From contig LSRY02000027.1 in the NCBI GenBank assembly GCA_001643675.2, forward strand, positions 248,001 through 312,000: a stretch of 64,000 nt of DNA, given 5' to 3'. Of the stretch, positions 22,988-35,272 are shown piece after piece; position 1 is the first letter of the stretch, and each line of letters starts with the position of its first letter. The translations under genes were made by a program, and so were the position numbers. Below the pieces are notes generated by a model. It did no database searches. It was not told the DNA's origin and worked only from the letters and a program-made list of their open reading frames with translations. Source of the DNA: Monocercomonoides exilis PA203 (taxonomy: Eukaryota; Protista; Preaxostyla).

Positions 22988-25849
22988 TCACGAAGGAATG
23001 AATGAAGCTCTGTCCTGAAATAGTATGAGCCTTGCTTTAAGATTTCCTATTTCTCCTCGAAGTGATTCATTTTCTCTCTTTTGCTGTTGGGTCTCTTGCC
23101 TCAGCGCTTCAATTATTTTGTCGCTTTGTTCTCTGTCAGCTCGCTGAGCTTCAATTTGTCTTTGCAATCTTTCAGTCAAGAACAATTTTAAATCCATCGA
23201 TTCAAAATTGAATCGTTATGGACGAGAAAAAGTTGAAGATTTATGTTAGTTGGAAGGAGTAATTATTCGCAAACCCTTCGATGTACTCAAGAAGTTGCCT
23301 GTTCGTGTCATTCACACGAAGTCGTTCGTCGCTCAGAGTCTTCGTTTTCTTTTCATTATCAATTTTTCTAAAATGCAAAAAGAAGTTCTTTTATTCGAAG
23401 AAAAAGAAGACAATAGCACACATCTGCCTAACAATTGCCCTCTGCTTGTTATATGATTGAATTGCTTTTTCTCTCAGTTCTTCTTCTTTTCGCAACTGTT
23501 TCAAGATATAAGATAAGTATAAATAGAGAAGGAATAACTCGTTTCAGTAAAAAAAATTATCAGATGCAAACCAAAGCTTCATTTTCAGCTTTAATCCTTT
23601 TGATTTCCTCTGAATGCATTTTATCTATTTCAAGCAAATTTTCTTGCAATACTAGCTTTTCTTCTTCTCTTTTTGCTTTCTAATTTTCAAAAGAATTACA
23701 TAGTTCAAACATGTTTATAAAATTGCTCTATTAAAACTCCATAAATCAAACTCTTTTTTCTTTGTCAGCTTTCCGTTTTGCTTCATATACTCTCCTAACT
23801 TCCTCCGTATTTTCTCTTTCCCTATTGAAATATAATTATTCAAACGAGAAATAAAAGTGACAGATAATATTTGAAGTAGAAACAAACTCTTGAAGCTGCT
23901 TTTTCAAATCTGCAATCATTTCTTGATGCAACTTTATTTTCTCACCCAAATCAGCAAACACATCAGCCGATATTGAAGATGAAGGTTGTTGTGAAGGTTT
24001 AGAAATTGAGCTCAGTGCAGTTTTCAATTCACTTATTGTACGATGAAGATCTCTGATATATTCAAGAAAATAATACATAATAAACATTATTTTTTTGAAA
24101 CGAAAAAAAGAAGCACAAAAAACATTTTTTGCAAACCCGTTTTCATGTACCAAAGAAGATATTTTTGCCAAATTTCGCCCAATTTCTTTTTCTTTATCGT
24201 CTTCTTTTCTTGCCCTTTCTTCTCTTTCTCTATCATATTCTCTTTTCATTTCGTCCATTCTCTTTTCGTATTCTCTTTCTTTCCTTCTCATAACCTGCTT
24301 ATGCTCTTCGATTTCTCTTTCTTTTTCTCTCACTCTACTGTCCAATTCTGCTATGCGATCATCCTATTTTTAAATAATATTTGAGATGCATTCAATTTCA
24401 ATAAATAATAAAAAGCCGTGACATAAATAAAATTAAAGCAATAAAAGGTCTTAAAATATATAATATTCAAAATTATAGTCATGTTCCTTTTCTCTTAAAA
24501 AAAAAATTCTTTCTCAGTTGAAAAACCTTGTAGCGATCTAATCCTAATGTCGCAGTCGATATCAGAGAAGTGGCATCTCCATCTAATCCAGAACCAGACT
24601 TCATCTTTTCCAACTTTTGGTTGACAGCATCAAGAACAGATTTTGTTTGAAGTTCCGTTTGCCTTCTCGACTCTTCTCTTTCTTTTTCAAGATGTTCAAC
24701 ATGAATTTGAAGAGCTATGATTTTTGTTTCAAAATTTGAACGGTCAAATTAATAAATAAAAAGTTATTCCATATTTACAGCTTCTGATTATCAATTTCAA
24801 ACCTTGGTATCGTTGCGATATTGAGTCAAAGTCACGGCATTTCTTTTGAGTAACAGAGGAGAAAAAATATTGAAAATGATAAAAACCAAAATTATAAATA
24901 ATAGTCTTATGCATGCCTCTTCTGCTTCTTTCACGAACATGGCATCTCGTTGAAGAGTCTGAATTAATTCTTCGTTCTCCCTAAAAAATATATGCAAACT
25001 TATTTACAATAAAAAAATTATTATGCAAACTGCAATTCTTTTTGATAATTCTCATTTTCTTCTAAAAGTTTTTGATTTTCTTCTTCAGCTTGCTTTCGCT
25101 TCCGTTTTTCATCCTTTAACTGTTGAATTTTTTTATTATAATGTTTAAAAACTAAAAAAAATATTCACCTGAACAAACCATAGAATCTATTCTCTTAGCT
25201 CTATCTGTTATAGATAGTTCTCTGCTTTTATATTGCTGAGTTTCTTCGACTTTTGTCTGAAGTTCTTCTCGTAAATTTCTCACTAATTATTTAAAAATCG
25301 CTTATTAACAAAATTACACTGAAAAGTAATACATTCATCATCTTTTTCCTTAATGTCATTTTCAAGTTGAGTTATTGCTTGTATTGCTTGGTCAAGTTTT
25401 TCTGAAAGCTCGATTGCATATTTCAAATAACCTTCTTCAGTTTCTTTTGAGACTTGTCTATTTTGTTTGAAAAAATACAAAACATTCACATAAATTTCCA
25501 AAGAAAAAGTGCAAACAATTGTTCCTCTAATTCTGAATATGTTGGAATTGCATCCTACACCAAAAAAGAACAAAATTTATGATTAATAATGTAAATGGAG
25601 AAAAAGTTCATGGATATACCGCTTTTCCATATTCTTTCTTAGTATCTTGTATTAATTGTTCGTGAACTTCAAGAAGATCTTTATGCTTCTCTTTTAGGTC
25701 TTGAAGCATAGCCTTTGAACAATTTTTAAGAAATTATTTAATGATTCTTAAAATAACAAAGTAAGAAATACATCAGTTTCTGTGTACATTTTATATAATG
25801 TTTCTATTTTTTTCTGAAGGTTTGCAACGACTTCCTGCTGACTTAACAT
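22988..25849 (-). CDS. Multi-exon long coiled-coil protein (3' end uncertain)
   Basis: Starts MLSQQEVVANLQKKIETLY. A series of E/K/R-rich heptad exons (e.g. 25283-25460, 23836-24345, 22988-23197) is separated by short AT-rich GT-AG introns. Confidence 0.7.
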
Positions 25850-26031
25850 TGCATAATAGTATTGTTTCTTTTGAAATGAATTTTAGCGAAGAATTAAGGG
25901 ATAGTAACAAAAAACACAAAACATAATTTTTTTTACATAATTCATAAAAACAGTAAAAATTCACTAAAACACAAAGAGCAAATAACGAAAAATCAACATA
26001 TTTTTTAAACGAACAATTTACAGAAGTTTAT

Positions 26032-29000
26032 TCAAGTCTTTACAGTTTGGGGCAAGTGTTCTTTCAAACTGAAAACAGAAAGGCACGACTTAGCAATTTG
26101 TGCAGACCTACCACCTTTGACTTTAATCATTGCATCCACAATCACCCCAAGTGGGGGCAGCAGCTGCTCCGACTGGAGGCGTCCGTTGACCATCCACGCG
26201 AGTGTCGGCACTGTGTCTATTTCAGTCCCCTTTCTCATCAGCTTCCTCAGTGCCCGCTCATCACAGCTCGATGCCAGCTTCAGCAGACACGCCAGCCCCA
26301 TCGTGATCTGCTTCAGAATGCGCACATCCCCCATCGCTGCTGCCACAAGTGCAGAGTCCACCGTCAGCGCAGGCTTCACAGGAACAGACACATTCAGAGG
26401 AGAATACGAACTGGTGGTTGGAGGATCAACTGGGAAAGATAACTGATTGGACTGTGGTTTCTGTGCTGGCTGGCCAAAGGGAGAAGAGACCAGCTGCTTT
26501 TGCACAGGAGAAGAGGGCTTTGGAGCAAGGCTGCTGATGATGCGCACGAGATATGACACAACAGAATCAACTATAAACTCGATGTCATTTGCAGAAGGGT
26601 CGCCAAAGGAGCAGAAGGTGCACTCAGACTCCATCATCTCTTTCCTCTTCAGCAGGCTCCTCCTTTTCCTCCGCTCTTCTTTCTGCTTCCTCATCTGTTC
26701 TTCTGGATCCACCCGCTTTTCCCTTTCTCCTCCATTCACACATTCATCCTCCTCCTCCTCCTCCTCATCGTCGTCGTCGTCTCCAACCAGCGCATTCAAC
26801 GCCCCGAGCACTTTCTCTCCATTCTCCACATTTATTCTCTCGTCCTTCAGAATCACCGCCAGCCTCCTCCACGCTCCCAGTGCCTGTGCCTCCTTCTTGG
26901 CGTCTTTGAGAGCAGCCACTGCCCACAGTAGCTGAGCAGCAGCCACAACAACCGTCACTGGCTGTGCCACGCCAGGGACGATGTGCCAGCGGAGAGAAGA
27001 GACAGCCACACACACACCGCCACTGAGGAGGACGAGTCTTCTGCCCAACGTGTCGTTCCCATCCGCACAAAGACGGAGGATCTGGAAGGCGAGGCTGGTG
27101 ATGAGCTCATTCCGACCAATGCAGATGGAGACAACAGACGCGACAAAGCGGCGGGTGCACAGCAGCTGCTTGGCATCCTTGTTTGAGGAGCAGATGTTCA
27201 CAAGGCAGCGCAGGAGAGACAGAAGCGTCGGGTCATCCAGCTCATTCAGGGTGATGAATGGCACAAACGCTGGCTCTGTCAAATACGAAGGCCGCTTCTT
27301 GCGCTGCTTGATGGCCACATGTGGCATCGCTGGCGGAGGCAGTGGAGCTGTTGGCTTTGGAGGCTCAGGGGGCAAAGGTTTGCCTGTCGGTCCTGTTGTC
27401 TTTTGTGTGTTGGCTGAAAGAGATTCGAATTGCAATGTGGGATTGCTGCTGACACTGCCACTGCCACTTTGATTGTTTGCTTGCTGCTCGTTTTCCTTTG
27501 CAGTTGTCGAGGCAACAAACTCTTCGAATGACTGTGTTGGTGGGTTGTTTGAGTTCTTCTCTTCGCCTTCTCCTTCTTCCTCCTCCTGTGGCACAGCCAA
27601 GTAGATCCCTTCACCCGAGAAGAAGAGCTTCAACAGAGACAGAATGCCACCTGCATACAGTTTTGTTCTGTTGTTCGGTGTGAGTGCCAGTCTTGCCACG
27701 ATGTCTGCGATGCTTCCCACGAGTCTTTTGTTGAACTCTCTCGGCGACCTCACCACTGCCCTCACAAAAGACGGATTGTGCAGCGACTGTGTGGATGGGG
27801 GTGGAGGAGCAGGGGGAGGAGACATCGAAGTGGAAGAAGAGGCAGATTTGGGGGAAGATGAAGGAGAAGATGAAGGTGATGCAGAAGGAGAAGGAGAAGA
27901 GAAGGGAGATGGCAACACTGAAGAAGGCTGTGTTGGAGTGCCTGGTGTGTTTGGAGACTTGGCTGGGCTGGCTGGCGACTGTGCAGACGACTTTGGCGTT
28001 TCATGCTCATTCACAGAGTATGTGTCGAGTATGTCATTCATCTCTTCCTCTTCTTCATCTTCTGCAGTGTTGCCAGCTGCCCCTTCTTTCAGCAGCAGAT
28101 CGAAGTCGTCTTCTGTGAAATTCACCACAAACAGCGCCCTTCGAAGCAGCATGCACAAAAAGTGGATATAATCACTCGACACTTCACACGGCGCCTGCGG
28201 AACAATCGGCGACTGCTTGTCATTCAGTTCTTTCGTCAGTTGTTGTATCTGTTTTGTCAGCTCTTTTCTCTCTGCATCTTGTGCTGCCCTTATCTGCGCA
28301 TTCGGACTAACAGGGGACGCATTCAGCGCCTTCAGCGAGCGCTCCAGCTGCGTCTTCTGCTTCTCCTTCTCCTTCGTCATCTCCATCTGCGACCGCACAC
28401 ACTCCTCAGCCACAAGGGGAGACGTGAACTGTTGGAAGCACCCAGACTTCAGCAGTGCAACGAGCACGTCTTCGTTGCAGATGAACTCATTCACCTCAGC
28501 ATCTGTGTATTTGGGTGACATCAGCATCCTTACCACATCCCGCAGCCCTTTCTTCGAGCGATAAGGAGAGCCAGGAATACGCACATGAAGGAAGAATGCT
28601 AAAAGCCGTGCTGCCAAGTCAGACGCCTTCAGCTGCTCGTCCTTTTTAAAGCCCTGCAGAATCTCGAAGGGAAGATCAACAGGAACAAGAGACAGCTTCG
28701 AGGCTGGCTTGTTGGAGGCGGACGAATTGGCACCTGAGTCAGCTTGTTTGACACCGCTGGCAAATCGAATAGAAGGAAGCACCGTCACCTGCTGCTTGTT
28801 GGATGCCTCTTGCTCCATCTCCTTCTTCTCAAACTCTTCTGCCTCTTTCTTCTCCTTCTCCTTCCTCTCTTTCTCTTTCCTCTCCTTCTCCAGCTTCTCC
28901 TTCTCAATCTGCTCTTTCGTCTTCGGCTTCGGCGGTCTCCTCAGCCTGGGCATAGTCACATCAGGTGGCAGTATAATTGCAGCAGTGATGCGAGTGGAGA

Positions 29001-32000
29001 CCTTCTTGTTGAACCCACCCGAAGGCGACGAAAGCGCTGTGAGTGCAGATGCTTTGTCTGCCTCCGCCGCTGTGGTGGTGCTGCTGATGAACATTGCTCC
29101 TGGTATCTGCGCTGCTGCCTCCTCTGCCTCACTCGACAATGAGCGCCCTTGCTGTGCCTGGAGATATGCATTTCCTGGTGTCTTGTTCTGTCGCATCAGT
29201 CGGATCTGAAGATCGTCTGGATCAGTCAATGCAAGTTCTTCAGTCACAGCTACACAGATCAGATCAAATAGACCAATAGATTCAGGTGCTGGTTATAAAT
29301 AATAACAAATGAGAGGAAAAGAAAGGATAATTGATTTCAATAAATATCAAAAAAAAAAAGCAAATAAAAGTTACTGCAAAAATGTTAAAATGTTGATGCA
29401 ACAAAAATGAATAGATAATTCCAATGAACCGTCCAACACATACTGCTTTCAATGGAATGGAGGAGGTATCTGCTGACTCTTTCCATCCACACTTCCTTCC
29501 TCTCACTCGACGATAAGTCAACAAAGAATGCTTTCCTCAGCCCAGCGTCTGCCCCATCGCTCTTCATCGTCCACAGCACTGTCTTCAATGGCACATGCTT
29601 CTCATACCTCTTCCTGTTCTTCGGGGGCATCATCCCTGTCACCCACCCGCTCTCCAGATACTGCTTCCCTTCTGTTCCCCCCACCGTCTTCGAGATCGAG
29701 TCCACCACAACAAACGGATCACCTGTCTTCGCCAGCAGCTGCTCCTCCTGCGACCGCATGTCACTCACTGCCACAACTGCACTGGAGATCTTGTTGATCC
29801 CACTCGTCAGCACTGAGCCTATCCCACTCACAATCCCACTCACAGCTGAAGAGACTGTCAGATCCTGAAATGAGTCGTCCATCGGCAGCTCCTCCACTGC
29901 TTCTTTCTTTGATGATGATGATGATGGATCCAAAAAGGAGAAGAGCGAAAAAACAGAATGTAACAGCCCTGTCTTCTCCTCTTTGTCTTCCCCTTCTGTC
30001 ATTTTCCCGAAGCCTCGTGGGATCGAAATGGGAATGGCATTATTCAGAGAAAACACTTGTGTTGAGCCAATGACTTGTCGACTGTATGAAAGAGTGTTTT
30101 TAAGAGCTTGGTTCAAACTGATTGAGAAGCAATAAAAGAAAGATAAACACGAAAAAAGTATAAATATTAATAAGTAAAAAGCAAATATAAGAATTTTTGA
30201 TAACACAAATATCGCAACACACGATTGCACAAAGTACTTTGCCTTCCAGTTGATTGAAGGAGTAGTTCTGAACATCTTCTGGTGCCAGGCAGCAGCAGAC
30301 GGGTGGAGAGAGAGGCATTCGATGACAGCGCGTGTGCAGTTCGTGTCGTAGATGTTGGTGCTGTGGAGAGGGTGGCAGGAGTTCGCAACAGTCTCAGCAG
30401 AGATGAAGAGATGCTGAGAGAGCGCAGAGGGAGTGGTGGATGGGTTGTAGGAGTACTTCAGCAGAGAAGGTGTCATCAGCGGCGGGAAAGGTGATGGCGA
30501 GGCTGATGGGCGGATGGATGCTCCAGAAGACATCGAAGACGAGCTGCCTGATGATGAACTGTTTCCTCTGTCTGGAAATTCGTCATCTTCGTTCTCTTCT
30601 TCACCTTCTCCTCCTCTTCCAGTACTTGAAACGTTTCTCTCTCCTTCTCCTCCTCCACTGTTGTTGCCTTCTTTCTTCTCTTTCTCTGTCACAAGCGGCA
30701 TCGGAGCCACGATGTCCTCTTTCTTCTCGTTCAGCACACCTCCTTTGATCATCGCTGGTATCTGGTATTTAAAGCCGATCTTCCCATACGAGATGAACAC
30801 AATGTCCTGTGTAGACAGTCCAAACGGCGGCAGAAACATGCGCCGCATCACCACAAAGCGGATGTCCCTGCCTGGAATAGCCGACCGCAGCTGGCACTGC
30901 CACAGCAGACACGACGCTGGGTCGTTCGTCGGGTTCAGCTTCTTCCGCAGATCGTGTGTGTACACCAGCGCTGCAGCACCCAGGCGGCTCGATGAAATAG
31001 CCAGACGCCGAGATTTGGCTTCAAGCTCCGAAAGCTTCTGCTTTTCTTTTTGCCTTTCATTGCTGCTGAGCTCATCTTCTTCGTCGCTCTCGTCCAGCAG
31101 ATCCTCACTGCTGGCACTATCTTTTGACTCCTTCCCACTCTCAGGATTGAAAAGTGCTTGGCCAATCTCAGAGCATTTCTGCTCGGCGAATGAACGCAGC
31201 TGCAGAGCACTTGTTGCGTAGTTGGTCGCAACAGGTGGCATCACCCAAACTTCCAAGCCTTCGCCTTCGGGCGCAAGAAATGCTGCACATTCGGCTACGT
31301 TAAAAGGAAGACTTAGAGATGCAAGTGATGATGAATTCAAAATAGCTTTTCCTAATGTTTGTTCTTTTAAGAAGAATGGAGGAGACGATCTGAACGATGT
31401 GACTACAGATTCAATATATGATGGTGGAGAATCCTGCCTAAAAAGAGCTCCAAAAAAGGGAGAACGCTAAAGCAATGTTTAAATGCAATTCCATAAATGT
31501 ATAAATCAATAAATTATACCGAAGATGGAATCTTTTGGCGAAGATGGAACTGTGGAACAAAAAAATGAGGAATATAAAAAACATATCCAGCGAGTTCGAG
31601 ACGATGACATCTTTGCAACAAAATAAAAAAAACAGCATTTTTTTATGAAAAAACAACCAAAAATTTCATACCCTTTTGGAGATTTCAAACCGAGAGCAGA
31701 TGATGATGAAAAGACTTTTTTCCCTTCTGAAATGCATGGGGTCGCTTTTAAAGGAAAGTCCAATGATAACATAGTGTCAAATTTTTGAATTGTAGTGAAG
31801 CGAATTGCCATTTCACGTATAAGTTCATCTCTTTCACGTGTTTGTAATACAATTCCTGGACCAGAAGTAAATTCAATTTTAAAAGCCGTTTCATCGGATA
31901 AATCAACGGTAACTGCAAAAATCCTTCGAAGAGGATGCGAGTTTATTCTTGGTTCAGCGTATAGTTTCGCGAAGTGAATATGTGTTTTTGATAGCCCCAC

Positions 32001-32120
32001 ATAAACTTGATCGTTTGTGGATTGACAAAGAACGGCAAATGTTATACGATCTTGCACCACGCCGCTCAAAAATCTTGCAACACTATACATTTCAAATAAC
32101 AATGGGTCGTTATGATCCAA
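26032..32120 (-). CDS. Large multi-exon protein: N-terminal PH-like beta domain, low-complexity inserts, C-terminal ARM-like repeats
   Basis: ORFs 31506-32120, 29385-31340 and 26032-29247 can be linked by GT-AG introns (e.g. ~29290-29440). ARM-like motifs NNRTKLYAGGILSLL, LLRCLVNIC and AAAQLLWAVA. Confidence 0.7.
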
Positions 32121-32395
32121 ATTGTGATGTAAATTTTCAAAATATGATTTAACTAAACTGTATTTTTAATAAAATCGTAACTTAAAGATTACACAAAATC
32201 ATCAAAAACGTTAAAATAAAAAATATTCCTTTTCTAATTGATATTTTCAAAAACTGATATTCTTGTTTTGTTTCAAATATTTGCACAAAGGATATGAATA
32301 CATATTCCAATTGGAATATTCATTTCATGATAATTTTGGATTTTTTTTCCGGAATTCTGATTTTGAGACTATTTATTTTTGGGACAAAATAACAG

Positions 32396-33205
32396 ATGAT
32401 CGAATCGATTATTCATTATCCTCCGGGAGAAGCTCCGAAAAAAGTTAAACAAGTTTCAAAAAGAAATGAAGAAACACTAGAAATCTCTTCCAAATATGAG
32501 CCTTTTCCAAAGCGTTCTATAGCGCGAGAAACGTTCATTAATCCAAAATTAGCTTTAAAAGCAGATATGCCTCCTGCTGGTGTACAAACGGATTGTAAAC
32601 GAAAAAGTCAAATATCGTTTTCAAGTGAAGAAACAAGTTTTACCTCGACAACCAGAGATTTACAAAAAAGCTGCTTTTTAAAAGATCGTGACTTCTCAAG
32701 GCCTCCTGCAGGTTATACGCAACCTTTGACGGAGCACGTTTCATTTGGACCAACTGCTGATAAAAGCGATTTTTTGGCATCAACACAGAAGCGTTCATAT
32801 GCTTCACCATCTTCAACTCAATCAAAAAAAATGCCTTCGTATCGAACTGACACTGATAGAGGAACTGTTGATATTGTGAAAAGTGTGAATGTTTATGTTT
32901 TTCTATTACAATGCTTATTTTTTGTTTTAGACGAACCACTTAGCCAAACCGATATTTTTGGTTTTGAAAGGTATAGGCCAGATACGCAAAAGAAATACAC
33001 TTCTTTGGCAAAAACTACGAATAAAATTGATTCAAAGACGGAATCAACCTTCTCTTCTTCTTCAGCTCGTGAAATTCATCCACTTGGAAGTGGAATGAAT
33101 GATATGAAAACAAGGAATTATTCTTCTCAACACTCAACAAGAAGCACTTCAAATCCTCAATATTTTCTTCCTCAGTCATCTTATAATATCATTTCAGGCC
33201 AATGA
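32396..33205 (+). CDS. Hypothetical disordered S/T/K-rich protein with a probable stopless 48-nt intron
   Basis: 269-aa ORF. Segment 32883-32930 (gtgtgaat...ttttag) is T-rich, a multiple of 3 in length and in frame. Confidence 0.7.
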   Translation: MIESIIHYPPGEAPKKVKQVSKRNEETLEISSKYEPFPKRSIARETFINPKLALKADMPPAGVQTDCKRKSQISFSSEETSFTSTTRDLQKSCFLKDRDFSRPPAGYTQPLTEHVSFGPTADKSDFLASTQKRSYASPSSTQSKKMPSYRTDTDRGTVDIVKSVNVYVFLLQCLFFVLDEPLSQTDIFGFERYRPDTQKKYTSLAKTTNKIDSKTESTFSSSSAREIHPLGSGMNDMKTRNYSSQHSTRSTSNPQYFLPQSSYNIISGQ

Positions 33206-33591
33206 ACATTCTAATTTCTCTTTATCTATTAAAATTTTAAATTGATATTTTTATTATTATTTGTTTTATTGTCTTTTTTCAGATATTGGAAAAAAAAAGT
33301 ATTTGTTACCAAAAGAAAATCCATGTTTCCAATTTTGAAAAATAATCAAATCATTAACAAAATGGGCATTGCCTCTTAAACATTTTAATAAAAATAAATA
33401 ATCACAAAATGAACCAGAAATATTTAACAATAAAAAGATAACCAGAAAATGATAAAAATAAAAAATGATATACTATTAATTATAAAATATTAAAAGAAAG
33501 TGAATGAATCAAAAATCAAAATAAAACTCATTAAAAATATTCACAAAATAATAAAATAACATCATTTTCTTTCCATAAAAAGCAAGAAAAA

Positions 33592-34530
33592 CTAAACAGG
33601 ATATGAGCCTCCATCTTTTTCATTCATTGTTTGTATTGGCTGCTTTTCAGGTTCAATATTGACAACAGTTTGATTAGATGGAAGTGCATAAGCAATTTGC
33701 TGTTGAGGGAGTTGTTGCAATGGTTGCATTGGATATTGTGGTTGCTGAGGATAAACATTTGGCTGCTGCATAGCTGGAGAAGCTTGATAAATACCACCAG
33801 CCATCATTTGATTTCCTTGTTGATAATTTAAGTTATATGCTTGAGAATTTTGATTTCTTCTTAAAATGAATTGCTGTTGAGCATATAACAGTGTTGATTG
33901 TGGATGAATTGTTCCCAAGTATCTGTTTAATTCGATGCAAAAAGGTTCACAAGTTGCCATATCAAACATTGATTGAGTTGCTATTGTAATTCCACTAATT
34001 TTGGTATAAGATAATGCCACAGAGTTACAACAGCTTGGAACTAAAAATATTCCAATCAAGTCTCTAAGAGGAAATATTTCTCTTTTTACTGGATCAATGC
34101 AGAAGCAACTGAAAACAGATGCAAGGTGTTGTCTTGTTCGGATAAATGTGAAAGTCTGTTCGTCGTAATCAACAATAAGTTCCGTTTTCCTATCTTGCCA
34201 TACCCATATCAACGCATACATAAAGAAAAGAAACATGAATGTCGCTGATACGGCGATAAATGGCGCCAATCCACAAACTCCCAAAACAATAGTTATTATG
34301 AGGCAAATGATGAATAAAATAAAGCAAGTCGTTGTGAACTTCCACATTCCGCTTCCTTTTTAAAGTGAAAAAAGCATAATTAAATGAAAATAAAAAATGA
34401 AAAAAAAACCTTTAATTCTTCTCTTTCCAGAATATACTTGTCCCTGATAATTCTGAACCATTCCGCCTTGGTTAACAACAGTCACCGGAACAGCAATTTG
34501 AGATAATTGATTTGAAACAACTGGTTGCAT
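33592..34530 (-). CDS. Two-TM membrane protein with Q/P/Y-rich C-terminal tail, 2 exons
   Basis: MQPVVSNQ...KRRIK joins GSGMWKF via intron 34356-34409. Two hydrophobic helices, then a beta-rich region and a Gln/Pro tail. Confidence 0.8.
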
Positions 34531-35272
34531 ATCTTAATTATTAGATCAAATAAACCATAGAGGGAATTAAACGAAAGATTTCTACAAAAATATATATTAC
34601 GGTTGTCACATTTCTCCGAAATATCCAAACTTAAACAATAATGTTCTTTTATTTTTTTTAACAACAACAATTAATTAATTTGAGAACGCAATTATAAATA
34701 TATACATATATTTTAGGTTTGAGCTTTTGTGTTTGCTTCACAATTTTCAAATTACTGAATTTATGTGTTTGCTTTGATAAAATATCAAATTATTCAGCGC
34801 ATCTTTTCTAAACATTCAATAAAAATTGCGATAAAATAAGAGTTACTGTATTTATTATTATCCACGATATTTTCCTTTGAAATTGAATTCTATAAAAGAA
34901 TCTGAGGTTATTTATTCTATTGTGAGAATTAAAAATTTCAATAATTTTCGGAAAAAATATTCAAATGAAAAATTTTGCATCAATTTTCAATTCTAAGATG
35001 TTGAAGAATTTTTGATGAATCCAATTAAATAAAAAATTCAATTAAACTCAAAAAAATAATCATTAAAAAAAAATAATATTAGAAAACTCTTTGAAATTGC
35101 CACAAGAAAATATTCAGTTAATATCACTCCTTTTCAGTGACATTATAAATTTATTAAAAATTAATAAATTAATTTATTAATAATGTTATTTCAAAACAAA
35201 TTTTTATAAAAAATTCGAAAATAAATACACAAACAAAATATTTATATTAATCCCCAAAAAAAGAGCCTTTAA

